DNA of 64,000 nt. It comes from the human T2T-CHM13v2.0 reference genome, Homo sapiens. Both the position numbers and the translations under genes were made by a program. The notes under the pieces were generated by a model, which did not search any database, had not been told where the DNA came from, and saw only the letters and a list, made by a program, of their open reading frames with translations. The stretch is taken from positions 17,408,001 to 17,472,000 of the forward strand of contig CP086569.2 in NCBI GenBank assembly GCA_009914755.4, in the 5' to 3' direction. Below, piece after piece: positions 38,690-50,281 of this stretch (position 1 is its first letter; each line of letters opens with the position of its first letter).

Positions 38690-39016
38690 CTGACCCTCAT
38701 GTCTCCTGACTGGGAGACACCTCCCAGCACAGGTTGACAGACATCTCATACAAGAGAGCTCTGGCTGGCATCTGGCAAGTGCTCATCTGGGAAGAAGCTT
38801 CCAGAGGAAAGAACAGGCAGCAAACTTTGCTGTTCTGCAGCCTCCACTGGTGATACCCAGGCAAAAAGTGTCTGGAGTGGACCTCCAGCAAACTCCAGCA
38901 GACCTGCAGCACAGGGGCCTATTAGAAGGAAAACTAACAGAAATGAATAGGTTCAACACCAACAAAAAGGATGTACACCCAAAACCCCATCTGAATTTCA
39001 CCATCATCAAAGACCA

Positions 39017-39912
39017 ATGGTAGATAAATCCACAAAGATGAGGAATAAACAGCACATAAAGGCTGAAAATTCCAAAAACCAGAATGCTGCTTCTCCTCCA
39101 AAGGATCATAACTCCTCACCAGCAAGGTCACAAAACGGGATGGATAATGAGTTTAACAAACTGACAGAAGTAGGCTTCATAAGGTGGGGAATAGCAAACT
39201 CTTCTGACCTAAAGGAGCATGTTCTAACTCAATGCAAGGAAGCTAAGAATCTTGAAAAAAGAGTAGATGAATTTTTAACTAGAATAGTCAGTTTAGAGAA
39301 GAACATGAGTGACCAGATGGAGCTGAAAACACAGCAGGAGAACTTCATGAAGCATACACAAGTATCAATAGTGGAATCAATCAAGGGGAAGAAAAGATAT
39401 AAGAGATTGAAGATCAAATTAATGAAATAAAGGATGAAGACAATATTAGAGAAAAAAGAATAAAAAGGAATGAACAAAGCCTCCAAGAAGTATGGGACTA
39501 TGTGAAAAGACCAAACCTATGTTTGATTGATGTACCTGAATGTGACAGGGACAATGGAACCAAGTTGGAAAACACTCTTTGGTATATCAGCCAGAAGAAT
39601 TTCCCCAGCCTAGCAAGACAGGCCAATATTCAAATTCAGGAAATACAGAGAACACCACAAAGATATTCCTTGAGAAGAGCAACCCCAAGACACATAATCA
39701 TCAGATTCACCAAGGTTGAAATGAAGAAAATAATGTTAAGGGCAGCCAGAGAGAAAGGTTGGGTTACCCACAAAGGGAAGCCCATCAGATTAATGGAACA
39801 TCTATCTGCAGAAATCCTACAAGCCAGAAGAGAGTGGGGGCCAATATTCAGCATTCTTACAGAAAAGCATTTTCAATCCAGAATTTCATATCCAGACAAA
39901 ACAAGAGGCTAA
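39017..39912 (+). pseudogene. L1 ORF1 remnant (split into two frames)
   Basis: ORF 39017..39430 (...AENSKNQNAASPPKDHNSSPARSQNGMDNEFNKLTEVGF...LKEHVLTQCKEAKNLEKRVDEFLTRIVSLEKNMSDQMELKTQ) and ORF 39502..39912 (...RPNLCLIDVPECDRDNGTKLENTLWYISQKNFPSLARQANIQIQEIQRTPQRYS.RRATPRHIIIRFTKVEMKKIMLRAAREKG) match L1 ORF1p. Confidence 0.85.
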
Positions 39913-40118
39913 GCAAAGGAGAAATAAAATTCTTTACAGACAAGCAAATGCTGAGAGATTTTGTCACCACCAGGCCTAACTTACAATAGTTCATGAAGGA
40001 AGTGTTAAATATAGAATGGAAGAACTGGTACCAGCCACTGCAAAAACATACAAAATTGTAAAGACCATCAACACTATGAAGAAACTGCAACAACTAATGG
40101 GCAAAATAACCAACTAGC

Positions 40119-40330
40119 ATGATAGTGACAGGGTCAAGTTCACACATAACAATATTAACCTTAAATGTAAACGGGCTAAATGCCCCAGTTAAAAGACACA
40201 GACTGGCAAATTGTATAAAGAGTCATGACCCATCAGTGTGCTGTATTCAAGAGACCCATCTCACGTGCAAAGACACACATAGGCTCAAAATAAAGGGATG
40301 GAGGAATATTTACCAAGTAAATGGAAAGCA
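40119..40330 (+). pseudogene. L1 ORF2 endonuclease N-terminal remnant
   Basis: ORF 40119..40394 reads MIVTGSSSHITILTLNVNGLNAPVKRHRLANCIKSHDPSVCCIQETHLTCKDTHRLKIKGWRNIYQVNGKQKK. Confidence 0.85.
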
Positions 40331-40469
40331 AAAAAAAAAAAAAAAAAAGGTGTGTTTTAATTTCAATAGCTTTAGAGCTGCAAGTGGCTTTTGATTACAT
40401 GGCTGAATCATATAGTGATGAAGTCAGGGATTTTAGCTGACCTGTCACCAGAATAGTGTACAATGTACT

Positions 40470-40705
40470 CAGTAGGTAGGTTTCATTCCTCACCCTCCTC
40501 CTAGCCTCCCCTTTCTGAGTCTCCAGTGTCCAGTGTCCACTGTGTTTGCCTCTGCATCTTCATACCTCAATTTCCATTCACAAGTGAGAACGTGCAGTAT
40601 CTGGTTTTCAACTCCTAAGTTATTTCACTTAGAATAGAGGCCTCCAGTTACATGAAAGTTGTTTAGAAAGACATTATTTCATTCTATCTTATGGCTGAGT
40701 AGTTG
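40470..40705 (-). mobile_element. L1 3'UTR fragment
   Basis: The sequence ...ccactgtgtttgcctctgcatcttcatacctcaatttccattcacaagtgagaacgtgcagtatctggttttcaactcctaagttatttcacttagaatagaggcctccagttacatgaaagttg...ttatggctgagtagtt matches the antisense L1 3'UTR architecture. Confidence 0.6.
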
Positions 40706-40788
40706 GAATGAGTGTATTTTGTGTTGTATATGGACATCAATTTTGAATAGGCAGCAGTGAAAAGTTATGATCTGAATTATAACCCTTA

Positions 40789-40792
<4 letters not shown>

Positions 40793-40826
<34 letters not shown>
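40793..40826. repeat. (CA)n microsatellite
   Basis: A perfect acacac run of about 34 nt. Confidence 0.85.
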
Positions 40827-40829
<3 letters not shown>

Positions 40830-41039
40830 CATATGTTGAAGCCCCAACTCCCTATGTGACTATATTTGGATTTAGGAATTTTCAGAGAAAATTCAGGTTA
40901 AATAAGATGATATCCATGGGGTCCCAATTCTATAGTACTACTTACCATATAAGAGGAGAAAGAGAGAGATATCCCTTGTTTTTTTCCAACCATGTGAGGC
41001 CACTTTGAGAAGCTGGATGTCTATACGCAAAGAAGGAAA

Positions 41040-41160
41040 CCCTCCCAGAAACAGAAACTTGTGAGAGGAAAAATTGTTCATAATTGTGGAAGGAACCTTC
41101 TTGGACCTTCATCATGGACTTCCCAGCCCCTAGAACTGTGAATAATTAAATTTCTTTTAT
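41040..41160 (+). mobile_element. MaLR-type LTR 3'-end fragment
   Basis: The sequence ...ccttcttggaccttcatcatggacttcccagcccctagaactgtgaataattaaatttctttt matches the recurring ...cttggacttcccagcctccagaactgtgagaaataaatg... end of the family. Confidence 0.4.
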
Positions 41161-42196
41161 ATAATTGTGAAAGGAAAATATTTTCTTTCCCCAAAATCAC
41201 TAAGCTAAAGGGAAAAGTAAAGCTGGCAACTGCTTAGGGCCAAGCTGCCTCCCATTCTATTAAAAGTCAACCCTCTACTCACTGAGATAAATGCACATCT
41301 GATTGCCTCCTTTGGAGAGGCTAATCACAAACTTAAAAGAATGCAAATATTTTTCTCTTATCTACCCATTACCTGGAAGCCCCCTCCCCACTTCAAGTTG
41401 TCCTACCATTCCAGATGGAACCAATGTTCATCTTACATATGTTGATCAATGTCTCATGTCTACCTAAAATGTATACAACCAAACTGCTCTGACCACCTTG
41501 GACACATGTCATGAGGACGTCCTGAGGCTGTGTCACTGGCACACGTCTTCAACCTTGGAAAAATAAATTTTCAAAATTAACTGAGAACTGTCTCAGATTT
41601 TGGGGGCTCACGTAATGCATCATTTTATTTTGCTATGGCAATCTCAGCACAGTTTCAACCCTTCTTGGTCTTCCGTCGTCTGGAAATCTCTGTTTTCTTT
41701 CAGAAACTTGAGTAATTTTCTTAGTAAGGTATAAATTTAGTATTGTTTAGGTCCCAAGCTCTTCTGCTATGACTGACATACAAAATAATAATGGAGAAAT
41801 ATTTAAAATAGAATCTTATTATCCCCGTATGAGATGCCAGTTGACAACAGAGAAGGGTTCCCTGGGTTGGACTCATGTAGTTGAATATAAAATTATCTAT
41901 TTGTTTGATCTAGGGAATTTCTCCTTTCCATATGGTTCTAAATATTCACCACACCACATTCTCATTCCAAGGAGGAGGAGAAAGTGAGTTCACCTCCCAC
42001 TGGGTAAAACTAAGCAGACCTCATTCTGTCCAGCATAGTAAAAGACAACATTTTGGATCTTCTTCTATGAGAGTGAGAGAATAAATATTTGAGTGCAACA
42101 GAAAATTTCTTCCACTTTTTGTATAATTGCACAATGATTTTGAATCTAACAAGTAAAGATATGTTTAACTGCTTCCATGAATAATAGCTTAATTGT

Positions 42197-42830
42197 ATTT
42201 TTTCAACTTTTATTGTAAGTTCTGGGGCACATGTCCAAGATGTGCAGGTTTGTTATACAGGTAAACATGTGCCATGGTGACTCGCTGCACAGAACAACCC
42301 TTTACCGAGGTATTAAGCCCAGAATCAATTAGCTTTTCTTCCTGATGCTGACCTTCCTCCTACCCCTCACTCTGGGATAGGCCCCAGTGTGTTTTGCTCC
42401 CTCCCATGTGTCCATGTTTTCTGATGATTTAGCTCCCACTTATAAGTGAGAATATGTGGTGTCTGGTTTTTAATGCCTGCATTAGTTCGCTGAGGATAAT
42501 GGACTTCAGCTCCATCAATGTCCCTGCAAAGGACATAATCTAATTCCTTTTGATGGCTGCTTAGTATTCCACAGTGTATATATGTCACATTTTCTTTATC
42601 CAGGCTATCATTGATGAGCATTTGGATTGATTCCATGTATTTGCTATTGTAAACAGTGCTTCAGTGAACATATGTGTATATGTATCTTTATAATAAGATG
42701 ATTTCTATTCCTTTCATATGTACTCAGTAATGGGGTGTCCAAAAATGAACACTTTTACATTGGTGGTGGAGATGTCTTGAACTAATTTACTCCACTACCA
42801 ACAGTGTAAAAGTGTTCATTTTTCTCTGCT
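42197..42830 (-). mobile_element. L1 3'-region fragment (antisense)
   Basis: The sequence ttttttcaacttttattgtaagttctggggcacatgtccaagatgtgcaggtttgttatacagg...tccatgttttctgatgatttagctcccacttataagtgagaatatgtggtgtctgg...tttgatggctgcttagtattccacagtgtatatatgtcacattttctttatccagg... matches the antisense L1 3' region. Confidence 0.8.
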
Positions 42831-42952
42831 TAATTGGTTTTAATAGTGTTGGCTGTTAATTTTTGTTCCTCAACTAATTTAAAAGATGATTCCAGAGATT
42901 CTTAGCTTCCAGTATTGCCCTTCCTAACACTGATTTCTCTGTGTGGGTGTCT

Positions 42953-43000
42953 TTGTGTGTGTGTGTGTATGTGTGTGTGTGTGTGTGTGTAACACCTATC
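42953..43000. repeat. (GT)n microsatellite
   Basis: The run tgtgtgtgtgtgtgtatgtgtgtgtgtgtgtgtgtgtaacac is visible. Confidence 0.8.
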
Positions 43001-46000
43001 CTGTAATTAACTTCTTTAAAGGTTTCTCTGTTAGAATTTGTTAGTGTAAGTGTATGGAAGTGGGGGTGGTGGGAGAGAGAGAGACAGGTGTCTGCACTCA
43101 ATCTCTTTTTATTTTTTTGAAAAGTCAATGACTTTTTAGGGTCAGGAATCTGTTCCTCTTATACATCTTTGGCTATGTTCCTTTCCAACAGTTTATTCTC
43201 CTTTTTCAGGAATATTTATAATTTATAAGTCATTGCGAGTTTGGTTTTCCCTGCCTTTGTTGTTTTCAATTTGTTTTCTTGTTCATAGCATATATATTTT
43301 TTCCTTATGGTAATCCCTGCTTTTAATCTTCTAGAAAAATTTAGTTTACTGTGATGCCTATTTTCTTGTATTTGCATACCACTGTAGATACTTTTTTATT
43401 TAGGACATTGTATTTAAAAATTGCATTCCCCAAACACAACTTTGAAAAAATATTAATTATATCTTTAAGATTTGTGTACATTTTATTAATTCTGAATCAG
43501 TGGGAAGCTGACACTCTGAAGCTGATTTCCTTCTTTAAGCTAGAGCTCACTATTAAATAACTTTATTTCCCTTTACTTCATATGGCCAGTAGGTGCAGAC
43601 CTTATTCACTACATTCTTTATTAAAACTCTTGCTATTTTTTAGGATCTGCGCATTTTGCCCCAGAATCTATAAGCAACCTCAGTCATGAATTAGGTAAAA
43701 GACAGAGATCTTGGCTATATCTTTATTTCCTGAAAATGACTACTTTATTTTTAAAATCTATTTAACATGAATTCATCATGGATTGAACTATGAATACAAG
43801 GTGAAGGAAACATATTGAACTGTCAAGTTCAGTGTGAGTTTTCTAGTATTGTGGATACAGTTGAATATATACTTAAACAGGATAATGCATTTAATGGTTT
43901 CATATCTATTGAAGTATCTAATGTTTGTAACTTTGCTTCCTAAATCCATACACAGAACTTTGTAAATCAATCTTGAAACATGTGATTTTGAAATACAAAT
44001 AACTTTTTTCTAAAAATATATTTAAAAACTTATATCTACTATAATAAATTGTCATCACTCGTAAGTCTAATAGAAAAGCCACAATTTCCATCGAGAAATA
44101 TTAATCCCCATTGAGATTTCACTATTTGCAGAGGGAATCAACAGCTTTTATTGTGATTTCTATTTAAACTGAAGGACCCACACATTTAATATAAGATTGT
44201 CCTTTTTGGTGTTTGCAAAGAGGAGCTGATAAGGGCTCCCTTGCATGTGAAATACAGATGAATGCCTTTAATCCTCTATGCTCAGAAAATCAAATGCATT
44301 ACTACCAAGAATAGGCCAGAGACTCTGCATAGTTGCTACTTGAGAGATTAAATGAACAAATGCCAAAATAACTACTTTCAATAACATAGAGGTTGAAAAT
44401 ATTTACACATAGATGGAAGAAATAATGCACGATTCCAGAGTAAAGGATCAGAACTGATCATTGACATAAATACTTTGTCTTTTTCATATAAGTATTATAA
44501 AACTACTTAAACAGAGAAATCTCCACTGGAGAGACTTGAATGATAAAATGTTTTACTGTAGAGGGCCAAATGCTCTTGCAATATTTAACATTCCAAAAAG
44601 TTTGATGACTTGATCATTTCTAAGAATGCTCTAACAGTCACAGCTTCTGCCCTGAGTTTCAACAGAATATACCAGTGTTTGTAATAAGCTACTAAGTATC
44701 TCTGATGGAAGGATATTTACTCTTTCTCTTTTTGTATTGGATCAATAACCAGTGGATATTGTTTACAAAATATGGCCAGGCAAATTATTTGATAACTATT
44801 GGTAAGCTTATAATTCAGTCTTCAATGGGAAAGTAAAAATTATAGTTAATATTGCCCTAGTCTGAAATGTAAATATGCCATGTTTTCATTTGTAATTCAC
44901 ATCCAAAGAGAGTAATACAAACAGAATAAAACAACAATGACAAATCAACAAAACAGGACTGAGTGGGAATTTGGAAATGAGTACAGAATTCATGCTGTCC
45001 AAAAATTTAGGACTAAACACTGGTAGAGGTGGATCATCATTAACACAGAACAGTACCCCAGAATAAAATTGTAAAAGATGTACCCAAAAGAAGCCTTAAA
45101 ACTTTCTAGAAATGAAGAATAACATAGGTGCTAGAATCTTTCTAACCTTAAGTGTTTCCAGTACTTTATTAGAAATTATAGCACTTAGTCCAAAAATTAT
45201 TGTAGAAATCATCTTAGATTTCTAAATGTTTGTTAAAGAGCTGGGCATAAAATATGAACTCAATAAATGGAGATTTCAAATGAAATGTACATAGTTCATT
45301 CCTATTCAGCAATGGTTTGAATTAACCCACATATCAGAATTGCCTCATATTCTAAGAGGAAGAGAATTTGAGTAATAAAGTATGTGTCCCTTATTTCTTA
45401 ATATGACTATGATTTTACTGTATGTGTCTTGAGAAATTCATAAAACAATGAGATTATTTATGCTGAAAAGGGCAGATGCCCAGCAGATGCTCCAGCAGAA
45501 CTTTGACTCTCACCATTGTTAGAAGAGTAGTGAGCAAGGTGCCATTTTTCCGAATGATTTTTCTTTTGGGAACCACCAATATTAACTGAGAACACTTCTT
45601 GGAAATCATGTTCTGATACCCTATTTAGTGATGAATTTCTTATAGGTATTATACGTGTCGCATATGTGTGTGTGTGTGTGTTTTGAACTCAAAATATCTG
45701 AAACAGTTTTCAGTCATTTTAGAAAGTTTACTTTGCCAAGGTTATGGATATGTCTGTGACACAGTCTCAGGAGGTCTCAATGACATGAGCCCAAGATGGT
45801 CAGGACACAGCTTGGCTTTGTGCATTTTAGGAAGACATAAGACATCAATCAATACATGCAATATATACATTGGTTTAATCTGGAAGGTGGGATAACTAGA
45901 AGCAAGAATCTCCAGGTCATATACAGATTTAGAAATTTTCTGATTGGCAATTGGTTGAAAGAGCTATTATCAGTAGAAAGGAGTATCTGCGTTAGGATAA

Positions 46001-46254
46001 GGGGTTGTGGAGATTGAAGTTTTATCATTCATGAAGCCTCCAGGGGGCCAGCTTCAGAGAAAATAGATTATAAATGTTTCTTATCATACTTAAGTCTGTG
46101 TGGATGATAATGCTGGAGGGGTATCATGAGGCATGTCCAATCCCCTCTTCCATCATGGCCTGAACTAGTTTTTCATGTTAACTCTGGAATGCCCTTAGCC
46201 AAGAGGAGGAATCCATTCAGATGGTTGAAGAGGCCTTTAAATTTTAATTTTGCT

Positions 46255-46910
46255 CTATCATATATATACATATACATACATATAAAAATATACATTTATA
46301 GATTATATATTTTAGTATATATACATACACATATAATTTTAATATTTATATATTTATAGAAGTTATATTTTATATAAAACATATCTATAGTCAATGTATA
46401 AATATATATTAAATGTAATATTTACACATAAAATATATACAAATATAAATGTCATATATTTATATATAGTAAAATATGTAAGAATATATATTTATATTGT
46501 ACTATATAAAGTAAAATATATATCTTTTATATGTTTATGTGATATAAGACATATATAGTAAATATATGTATTTTAAAATATATGATAAAATATATAGATA
46601 TATATTTAAAGCTGTTATATGTAAATATATTTTTACACAAAAATATAAATATACTTTATGTATATTTATATTGTTACATATGTTTATATATGTTATAAAT
46701 TATTTATATGTTTAATATATAATAACTATATATTGTTATGTTATATATAAAATATAACATAAATATAACATCTATCTATATATTTATGTTTTATTTATAT
46801 ATTTGAAATTACATATAACATATATAACTTCATATATAAAATATCAGTATAGACCATATATCAGTATATACAATACATAAATACATAGTCTCTATAATAT
46901 ATACATAGAA
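46255..46910. repeat. Large TA-rich low-complexity block of about 650 bp (atatata / tatatttata / acatatat units)
   Basis: The whole stretch is built from A/T with occasional C/G in ta, ata, tatac and tttatat words. No higher-order unit is obvious by eye. Confidence 0.8.
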
Positions 46911-47901
46911 ATGATGTTTTCAGTCTTAAAACTTATTTGATGGTTCCAAGGAAAATTGTAACTTCATATTTTCCACCTAAAAATTTTATATTGACATTTT
47001 AACTAAGACGAACTTCATTCATAGTAAACAGTGAAAAGGAGGGAAAAAAAGGGATTTGGTTCATAAAATTTATTATTAATCTATTCTAACATTTTTGGAG
47101 TTTCTAAACTATTTGGGAATTGCTCAAGTGCTATCATGTTTCTTTTCAGTATGTCAGTGATTATTAAGTCACTTCATTCTTTCCAGCTATAGGATATTGT
47201 GGGGGGATTGTCTTCAGTGGTATAAGGACTGTTATGTACAAAAAACTGACATGACTCTTGGTTGGATAGCATTTAATATAAATGTCGTGGCTGACATGTT
47301 GGTTTTGATAGTCATCAAAACTGGTGCACCTGATGCACCAGTTTATTCTCTGATCTTCTATTGCTTTGATAATCTTAATAAACAACAACAGAGCCACGTA
47401 AGTGCCTTAACTTTGCCTGGATATCATGTTTCATAGGAACGTCCTGGAAAATGTCCCCATGAGAATGATTTCCATTCTTTGTATTTTATGTGTATGGTGA
47501 TTATACCCCTGGGAACATTTCACGTGTCTACTTCCAATGGGAATGATGTGGGAGTACATTCCATTCCCACAGTTGTGTTTGCATGCTATCTTTTTTCTTC
47601 AAATTTTTCATTTATTCATGGATTTATCTTCAAGATTTAAGTCCAACTGCTTAAGTAAAGTGGACAACTTAAAAGCCTGGTGCAAATTTGTGAATAATCA
47701 TCATACTTCAGAGACTGACAATTTTTGTAAAGTAGGAGGCACTTTTAACTATACCTAGCTTTTAATCAGAATTCAACAGATACGTAATAGCTTTATAACT
47801 GATATTTTTATTTTTATATTGGAGGCATCAGATAAGTAGATAGGAAACGGTTTAACTCATCATAAAATCAACCCAGGCAGTCAATAAACATTTGAAAGTG
47901 A

Positions 47902-48410
<509 letters not shown>

Positions 48411-48524
48411 TTCTCTTCTACTTTTCCATTTCCAGGATTACAATGAAGTCTTCACTTAAAATTTTAAACAGTTTCCTGGAAACTGAGACTTTAAGCTAAA
48501 GGATGTATAAAGAAAACAATTCTG

Positions 48525-48811
48525 GCCGGCCATGGTGGCTCAAGCTGTAATCCCAGAACTTTGGAAGACCAAGCCCAGGAGTTTGAGAGACCAACCTGAG
48601 CAACAAAGTGAGACCTCATCTCTACAAAAAACATTTAAAAACTACATGGTATGGTGGTGCTTGCCTCTAATCCCAGCCAATTGGAATGCTGAGGTGGGAA
48701 GATAGCTTGAGCTCAGGAGGTAGAGGCTGCAGTCAGTGACCTGTGATTATACCATTGAACCACAGTCTGGGCAACAGAACAAGACCCTCTCCCCCTGACC
48801 CAAAAAAAACA
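48525..48811 (+). mobile_element. Old Alu (AluJ-like)
   Basis: The sequence ggccggccatggtggctcaagctgtaatcccagaactttggaagaccaagcccaggagtttgagagaccaacctgagcaacaaagtgagacc...ctgcagtcagtgacctgtgattataccattgaaccacagtctgggcaacagaacaagaccctctcc is a heavily mutated Alu. Confidence 0.85.
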
Positions 48812-48905
48812 GAAATCAATTTTTATCTTAGGGACAAGAGTTAAGTTCCTAAGGTGTATCTCTGCTCCCAGAAACATCACCGAAATTCTAAATAATATAC
48901 TATAC

Positions 48906-49205
48906 ATTTTTTTTTTCTTTTAAGACAGAGTCTTTTTTGCTCTGTTGCCCAGGCTGGAGTGCAGTGGTGCAGTGATCTTAGCTCACTGCAACCTTTGCCT
49001 CCATGGTTCAAGCGGTTCTACTGCCTCAGCCTCCAAAGTAGCTAGAATTGCAGGCACCCACCACCATGCCTGGCTAATTTTTATATTTTAGTAGAGACAG
49101 AATTTCACCATATTGGCCAGGCTGGTCTTGAGCTCCTGGCCTCAGGTGATCTGCCCTTCCTCTTGGCCTCTCAAAGTGTGGGAATTACAGGCACCACACT
49201 TGGCT
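48906..49205 (-). mobile_element. Alu SINE
   Basis: The sequence tttttttttcttttaagacagagtcttttttgctctgttgcccaggctggagtgcagtggtgcagtgatcttagctcactgcaacc...tcaaagtgtgggaattacaggcaccacacttggc matches the reverse-complement Alu consensus. Confidence 0.85.
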
Positions 49206-49922
49206 AAGACCCTATACACTTCTAATAGTCAACATTGAAATACATGTGAGATCTACACATATTTAAGAAAGGTTAATAAAGCAAGATAATTCCTTACCCA
49301 ATGTTTGGTGAATCAGTGAGTGATGGTGGTCATAGTGGTGGTGGGTTAAATCCAGGAATAAATTTTTACCAAGTGAAAATTCTCAGGTGCTTCTTCCACC
49401 ACCATGCAGTTCAAAAGGAAATTATCACACATATGACAGCTCACCAACCACTTTGAACCACAGAGATTATTGCTGTAGACTTTACAAATTTTTATTTCAC
49501 AATAGTTTTTATCCATTTATTTATTTATTTTCCAAACTACTTATTCCAGTTCAGGTCTCAGATGGCTGGAAAATCTCCCAGCTGCTCAGTGCACTAAGAA
49601 GAAACCAGACATGGACAGAATGCCATTGCATCACACGGCACACTTACACATGCACACAAAACCACACTGGAATCATGTAGACATACTATTGAACCTAATG
49701 TGCACATATTTGGGATAAAAGAGGAAACCAGGACTCATGGAGGAAATTCACAAAGACATGGAGTGAATAGGCAAACCCCATAAAGATAGTATCCCTAACT
49801 GGAATTAACTTTTTTTAAACCCCTCTCATCGATGTTATAATGAAATGACATTGAAATTAAAGGTTATTTGAGGATCTGCTCTATAACCGACCAACATACT
49901 ATGACTGTTGTTTAAAGTTGTC

Positions 49923-50281
49923 TGATGTGGTTTGGCTCTGTCCCCACCCAAATCTCATCTTGAACTGTAGCTTCCATAATTCCCAGGTGTTTTGGGAGGA
50001 ACCCAGTGAGAGACAATTCAATCATGGGTTCAGACTCTCTCATGCTGTTTTCTTGGTAATGAATTAATCTCGAAAGAGCTGATGGTTTTATAAGGGATTT
50101 CCCCTTTCGCTTGGCTCTCATTCTTTCTTGTTGCTGCCATGTGACATGTCTCTTGACCCTCTGCAGTTATTGTGAGGCCTCCCCAGACATGTGGAACTGT
50201 GAGTTCATTAAGCCTCTTTCCTTTGTAAATTACCCAATCATGGTTATGTGTTTTTAGCTGTGTGAGAACAAGCAAATACCA
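49923..50281 (+). mobile_element. THE1/MST-like ERVL-MaLR solitary LTR
   Basis: The sequence tgatgtggtttggctctgtccccacccaaatctcatcttgaactgtagcttccataattcccaggtgttttgggaggaacccagtgagagacaattcaatcatgggttcag...gatggttttataagggatttcccc...tgtgaggcctccccagacatgtggaactgtgagttcattaagcctctttcctttgtaaattacccaatcatggttatgtgtttttagctgtgtgagaacaagcaaatacca tracks the THE1 consensus closely. Confidence 0.7.

Larger units (their letters stand above)
38690..40348 (+). mobile_element. L1 5' segment (last 320 bp of 5'UTR, ORF1, start of ORF2 endonuclease) ending in a 19-nt poly-A; the inverted part of the second composite insertion
   Basis: Plus-strand 5'UTR tail ...ctattagaaggaaaactaacagaaatgaataggttcaacaccaac...caccatcatcaaagaccaatggtagataaatccacaaagatgagg, then ORF1 and ORF2 EN-start ORFs (see the pseudogene entries below), then a19 ending at 40348. 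Confidence 0.9.

Noticed and set aside
41160-41700. Possible additional ERV LTR (…tgtatacaaccaaactgctctgaccaccttggacacatgtcatgagg…ggaaaaataaattttc…)
   Set aside because: It looks LTR-like (poly-A signal and LTR-style wording), but I cannot match it to a consensus from memory. It is left unannotated rather than guessed.
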